A stretch of 29,189 bases of DNA, from assembly GCA_964553935.1 (NCBI GenBank), contig CAZKNC010000001.1:1-29189 (forward strand). Reading direction: 5' to 3'. Of this stretch, positions 25,864-29,189 are shown in pieces. Under the pieces are notes generated by a model that saw only the letters and a program-made list of their open reading frames with translations, made no database searches and had not been told where the DNA came from. Origin of the DNA: an uncultured Planctomycetia bacterium (GTDB lineage Bacteria > Omnitrophota > Gorgyraeia > 1-14-0-20-64-10). Made by a program: the position numbers and the translations under genes. The first letter of the stretch is position 1. The number at the start of each line of letters is the position of its first letter.

Positions 25864-28800
25864 GTGAATAATTATCGCCACTTTTATAGGCACCATTCTT
25901 CGGTGAAAGAAAGTTCGCCGGAGGTGGAGGGCGCGATCCTGGAATGGAACGCGCCTCGCCGTCGACCTATTCTGCGTTCCGTCGCTTCGCTGACCTGCTT
26001 TGCTTTCGTCATTACCCAGCTTCCGATCCGCCCGGCCTTGGCCGTCGCTCCCCAGGAAGTCGTCACTTTGGGGAACCTCAGCAACATGACCAACGTTGCC
26101 AACCTCGCCACCTTGAATGAGCGCCGCCAATCTCTGCTGAACCGGCTGGAGCGGGAGCGGAATATTCAGGCCAGTGTGGAGGCCGGCTGGCTGACGGCGA
26201 ACGCCGGGGTCGCGCACAACCTTCAGACGCTGAACATCGACATTTCCCGGGCGCGCGAAGCGATCGAGCGGACCGGAAGCCAGGGCGCCTCAAGGGTTCA
26301 GGAGTTGGCCGGTGTGGTGGCCTCTCCCGCGACCACCGGCACGCTGGAATTCAACTACATGCCGGTTCGCAACACCGCCGGCGCCCCGGCCGGCCGCGAA
26401 TGGATGAAGATCTATTTCCGCAACAATCTGGCCAGCCGTGTTCTGGGAGAATGGGTTTCCTCCGCCGGCGGCGGTTTCCTGCGCGATACGTCCAGCATGA
26501 AGTACAACAGCAACCGGCTGCTCCAATCCTACGAGGCCGTCGAATACCGGCAGATTCCAGGCATGCTGGGCGGACGGCTGACTTTGAGGACCATCCGATG
26601 GACCGGCAACTGGACCTCCGATTCAAAATTTTACGCCAGCACGGAGACGGTTGCGGTGCGGCAGCTGCTGGACGAGCGGATTGAAACCACCACGTACAAC
26701 ACCTGGACCCAGGCCGACATCGACCGCTTGCTGACCAAGCTGGCCGAAGTGGAAAGCAAGGTCACCTCGGCCGCCGAGGTGGCTTGGGCGGTGGCCATGC
26801 GCAAGGAGCTGTCGGAAGGAGCGATCGCGGACGGCAAGACCACCCAATTCACCGGGGTTACGGAGCGGTTCTATGAACAGCATGATCGGAACCGCCCGCT
26901 GGCCTGGCGGCAGATCACCACCGATCCCACGGGTGTCACGGAATCGCACGTGACGGTCACCTACATGGGTCCCAAGGACAACAAGCTGTCGAACTATCTG
27001 GAAGAGGGCGTCCGAAAATCCAACCTGATCACCCAGGACGATTACGAACATTACCAGGCCTGGCTGGCCCAGGTGACCGCGGAAGGGACTTTGAGCGCCG
27101 AGCAGTTGACGGCGCTGAAGGCCGCCATGGACCCCATCAAGCCGGGGCAGACGACTGAGACCTTCTTCACCACGGAGCGGACGTATTTCGATTACACCAA
27201 GGACGGCGACCCGCTGCATTTCAAGGAACGGAGGGTTTCGTCCGATTCTTCGGTGGTGACCGAGACCGACTCCACGCTGGTCTACGATGAGCAGCGGCGG
27301 GTGGTTCGGCAGACGGATGTCCGCACCGAGAACGGCGCCTACACCTCCAAGGATATGGAAGCTTTTTGGGCGATGGTACTGGAGGCGGAGCGCAAGGGGA
27401 TCGATGCCGTGGTTGCCGAAGCGGAGTTCGCCGGGGATCTGCGCCGGAAGCTGGAGACCGGAGAGCTCTCCGCCGGGTCGGCCTTCAGCCGGACGGTCGG
27501 GGTGGTGCGCGAGAGTTTCTTGTACAACGAAATGCTTCAGCCGGTGGAGTGGCTTCAAACCACGACGACCGGCGGCACGAAACTGGTCGAGCATTATTTT
27601 GCCTATCACAACGACGCGCAGGGACGGAACCTGGATCTGCTGATCTTATCCGATGAGGAGACCGTCTACACCGCTGAGGATCAGGAACAGCTGCGCCGGG
27701 AAGCGCGGGCGATTCTGAACGCATCGGATTCTAATGACGCGGACCGAGAAGCGGCCCGCGAGCTGCTCCGCCAGCTGAACAGCGGAGATTTTCCAGCCGT
27801 CTTCCGGCGGTCGAGCGTCCGCTACCGCGGCGAGATCGTTTACAACGCGGCCGGGCTACCGATCCAGTACACCGAATATTCCACCTCCAACGCGGACCAG
27901 CTCCTGACCGTGACCGAAGCTCAAGGCCTTCAGTACGACACCAATGGACGGGAGCTTTCCGGTCTTCGGATCACCCATCGGACGGGAGTCGGCACGCGGA
28001 CGGTTTACCGGCTTCCGGACGGGGCGGAGCTGACTCCTTCCATGCTGGAGCAGATGCTGAGGACCCATTCCAGCAGCGGTGACCGGGCGACTCTTCAGGA
28101 GTTGATCGATGCCGGCTTGATCCGAGCTGTCGGCGCTCAGGACAACCCGTTGACCGAAGAGCAGATTGAACAGATCCTGCGCGAGAATCCGATGACGACG
28201 GACGGCGAACCGCGGCCCATGACGCTGCAGGAAGCGATGACGGCGAACTTGCTGGTCCTCTCCGGCTCCGGCGGCGTCTTGCTGGACGAGGCGGCGGTTG
28301 TCCAACTGCTCCGAGAGCAGTCCGTTGCTCCGAACATCGCGACGCTGGAAGAGATGATCGCGCTCGGGCTCATTCAAGCCGACAGCCAGGTTCCGTTCAT
28401 GCTGGATCAGAGAACCATCTCGTACCGGCATGAGACGGTTTATGACAGCATGGGCCGCATCGTCTCGGTGGTGGAAAACAGCGTCGATCCGTCCAGCGGC
28501 CTCCAGACGACGACCCGCTCTTACGGAACCACGTACGACTCCGAAGGAAGGCAATTTTCTTCTTTGACGGAGAGCCGACAGTACGGCAGAACCATCCGGA
28601 CCGGGCTTTTCTTTACCGGAACGGAGAACGAGCTCGATCCGATCGAGCTCCATACGGAGATCGAGCAGAACGGCCTTTCACTGAGCCAATTGATCGAGCA
28701 GGGCGTGATCGAGCGCCGCGAGGTCGACACGGAACTGGATCAGACCACCTTCAGCTACCGCCAGCAGACCCGCTATTACGATTCCAACCAGGTGGAGGGT

Positions 28801-29189
28801 TTCACCGACATCGTCAACACGCTGGGTTTCGGCAGCGATAACATCACGGAGCGGCAGGCGGCCTCGCTGATCCGCTTCAACGACGCGGGCCAGCAGGTGA
28901 GCCAGCTGCTGGTGAGCACCCGCATCGGCACGGACACGCGCACGGTCCACAAATTTGACGGTCGGGACCTCACCTATCTGGATGAGGAGTTCCAGGAAGC
29001 GCTTCATGAAGCCGGCGGCATGAAGCAGCTGATGCGCAGCGGCCGGATTACCGTGGAACATAGGCCGACCGTGGTCAATACCCGGACCTCCACATTCCGC
29101 AGCCACGTGGAGTACGACCGGTCCACCGGTTTCCTCAAAAACCAGGCTGACTTCTCCAGCGGAGACCTTAACCACGGCGTCAATCGGGC
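25864..29189 (+). CDS. Very large exported protein with YD-like/helical modules, 3'-partial (absent from the ORF track); start uncertain (GTG 25864, 25903 or 25924, or CTG 25939)
   Basis: Manual translation of frame 1 finds no stop from 25852 to the window end (more than 1080 codons from any candidate start). Signal-peptide-like RRRPILRSVASLTCFAFVITQLPIRPALA, then recurrent YD-x-x-GR motifs. Confidence 0.9.
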   Translation, partial: MNNYRHFYRHHSSVKESSPEVEGAILEWNAPRRRPILRSVASLTCFAFVITQLPIRPALAVAPQEVVTLGNLSNMTNVANLATLNERRQSLLNRLERERNIQASVEAGWLTANAGVAHNLQTLNIDISRAREAIERTGSQGASRVQELAGVVASPATTGTLEFNYMPVRNTAGAPAGREWMKIYFRNNLASRVLGEWVSSAGGGFLRDTSSMKYNSNRLLQSYEAVEYRQIPGMLGGRLTLRTIRWTGNWTSDSKFYASTETVAVRQLLDERIETTTYNTWTQADIDRLLTKLAEVESKVTSAAEVAWAVAMRKELSEGAIADGKTTQFTGVTERFYEQHDRNRPLAWRQITTDPTGVTESHVTVTYMGPKDNKLSNYLEEGVRKSNLITQDDYEHYQAWLAQVTAEGTLSAEQLTALKAAMDPIKPGQTTETFFTTERTYFDYTKDGDPLHFKERRVSSDSSVVTETDSTLVYDEQRRVVRQTDVRTENGAYTSKDMEAFWAMVLEAERKGIDAVVAEAEFAGDLRRKLETGELSAGSAFSRTVGVVRESFLYNEMLQPVEWLQTTTTGGTKLVEHYFAYHNDAQGRNLDLLILSDEETVYTAEDQEQLRREARAILNASDSNDADREAARELLRQLNSGDFPAVFRRSSVRYRGEIVYNAAGLPIQYTEYSTSNADQLLTVTEAQGLQYDTNGRELSGLRITHRTGVGTRTVYRLPDGAELTPSMLEQMLRTHSSSGDRATLQELIDAGLIRAVGAQDNPLTEEQIEQILRENPMTTDGEPRPMTLQEAMTANLLVLSGSGGVLLDEAAVVQLLREQSVAPNIATLEEMIALGLIQADSQVPFMLDQRTISYRHETVYDSMGRIVSVVENSVDPSSGLQTTTRSYGTTYDSEGRQFSSLTESRQYGRTIRTGLFFTGTENELDPIELHTEIEQNGLSLSQLIEQGVIERREVDTELDQTTFSYRQQTRYYDSNQVEGFTDIVNTLGFGSDNITERQAASLIRFNDAGQQVSQLLVSTRIGTDTRTVHKFDGRDLTYLDEEFQEALHEAGGMKQLMRSGRITVEHRPTVVNTRTSTFRSHVEYDRSTGFLKNQADFSSGDLNHGVNR

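Noticed and set aside
28021-28385. Calling the helical repeats plectin repeats
   Set aside because: The resemblance covers only a short TL.E.I..GLI motif and cannot be supported without a profile search.

Overview
GC-rich bacterial window with almost all real genes on the + strand. Gene order: the 3' part of aconitase (acnA); a small AT-richer toxin-antitoxin patch (XRE-HTH/Fic, brnT-brnA, a truncated antitoxin-like fragment, a REP-like hairpin); a cold-shock gene; DUF502 (- strand); a tightly coupled run of dedA, MFS, AsmA-like, fumC, a MetE N-half-like gene, nfo, a ThiI/MnmA-like PP-loop enzyme, a chlorite-dismutase-family gene, a MetE catalytic half and VIT1/CCC1; tRNA-Glu(CTC); two small hypotheticals; then AMIN-TolC, a membrane fusion protein and two RND permeases. 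The first permease ends in a Pro/Glu linker plus a winged-HTH. After an AT-rich intergenic region there is a c-di-GMP-I (GEMM) riboswitch, followed by an ORF of more than 1080 codons. The supplied ORF track misses this ORF because it runs off the window end. It has a signal peptide and ~110-aa modules of paired YD-like hairpins with helical inserts. The style suggests an Omnitrophota-like giant-gene locus, but that taxonomy is inference only. Quality warning: an Illumina P5 + index + TruSeq adapter is embedded in the metE catalytic gene (13181-13247) and a poly-T run overwrites a conserved nfo motif, so single-residue oddities in this assembly need read-level checks. All translations and motif calls were done by eye; no database searches were run.
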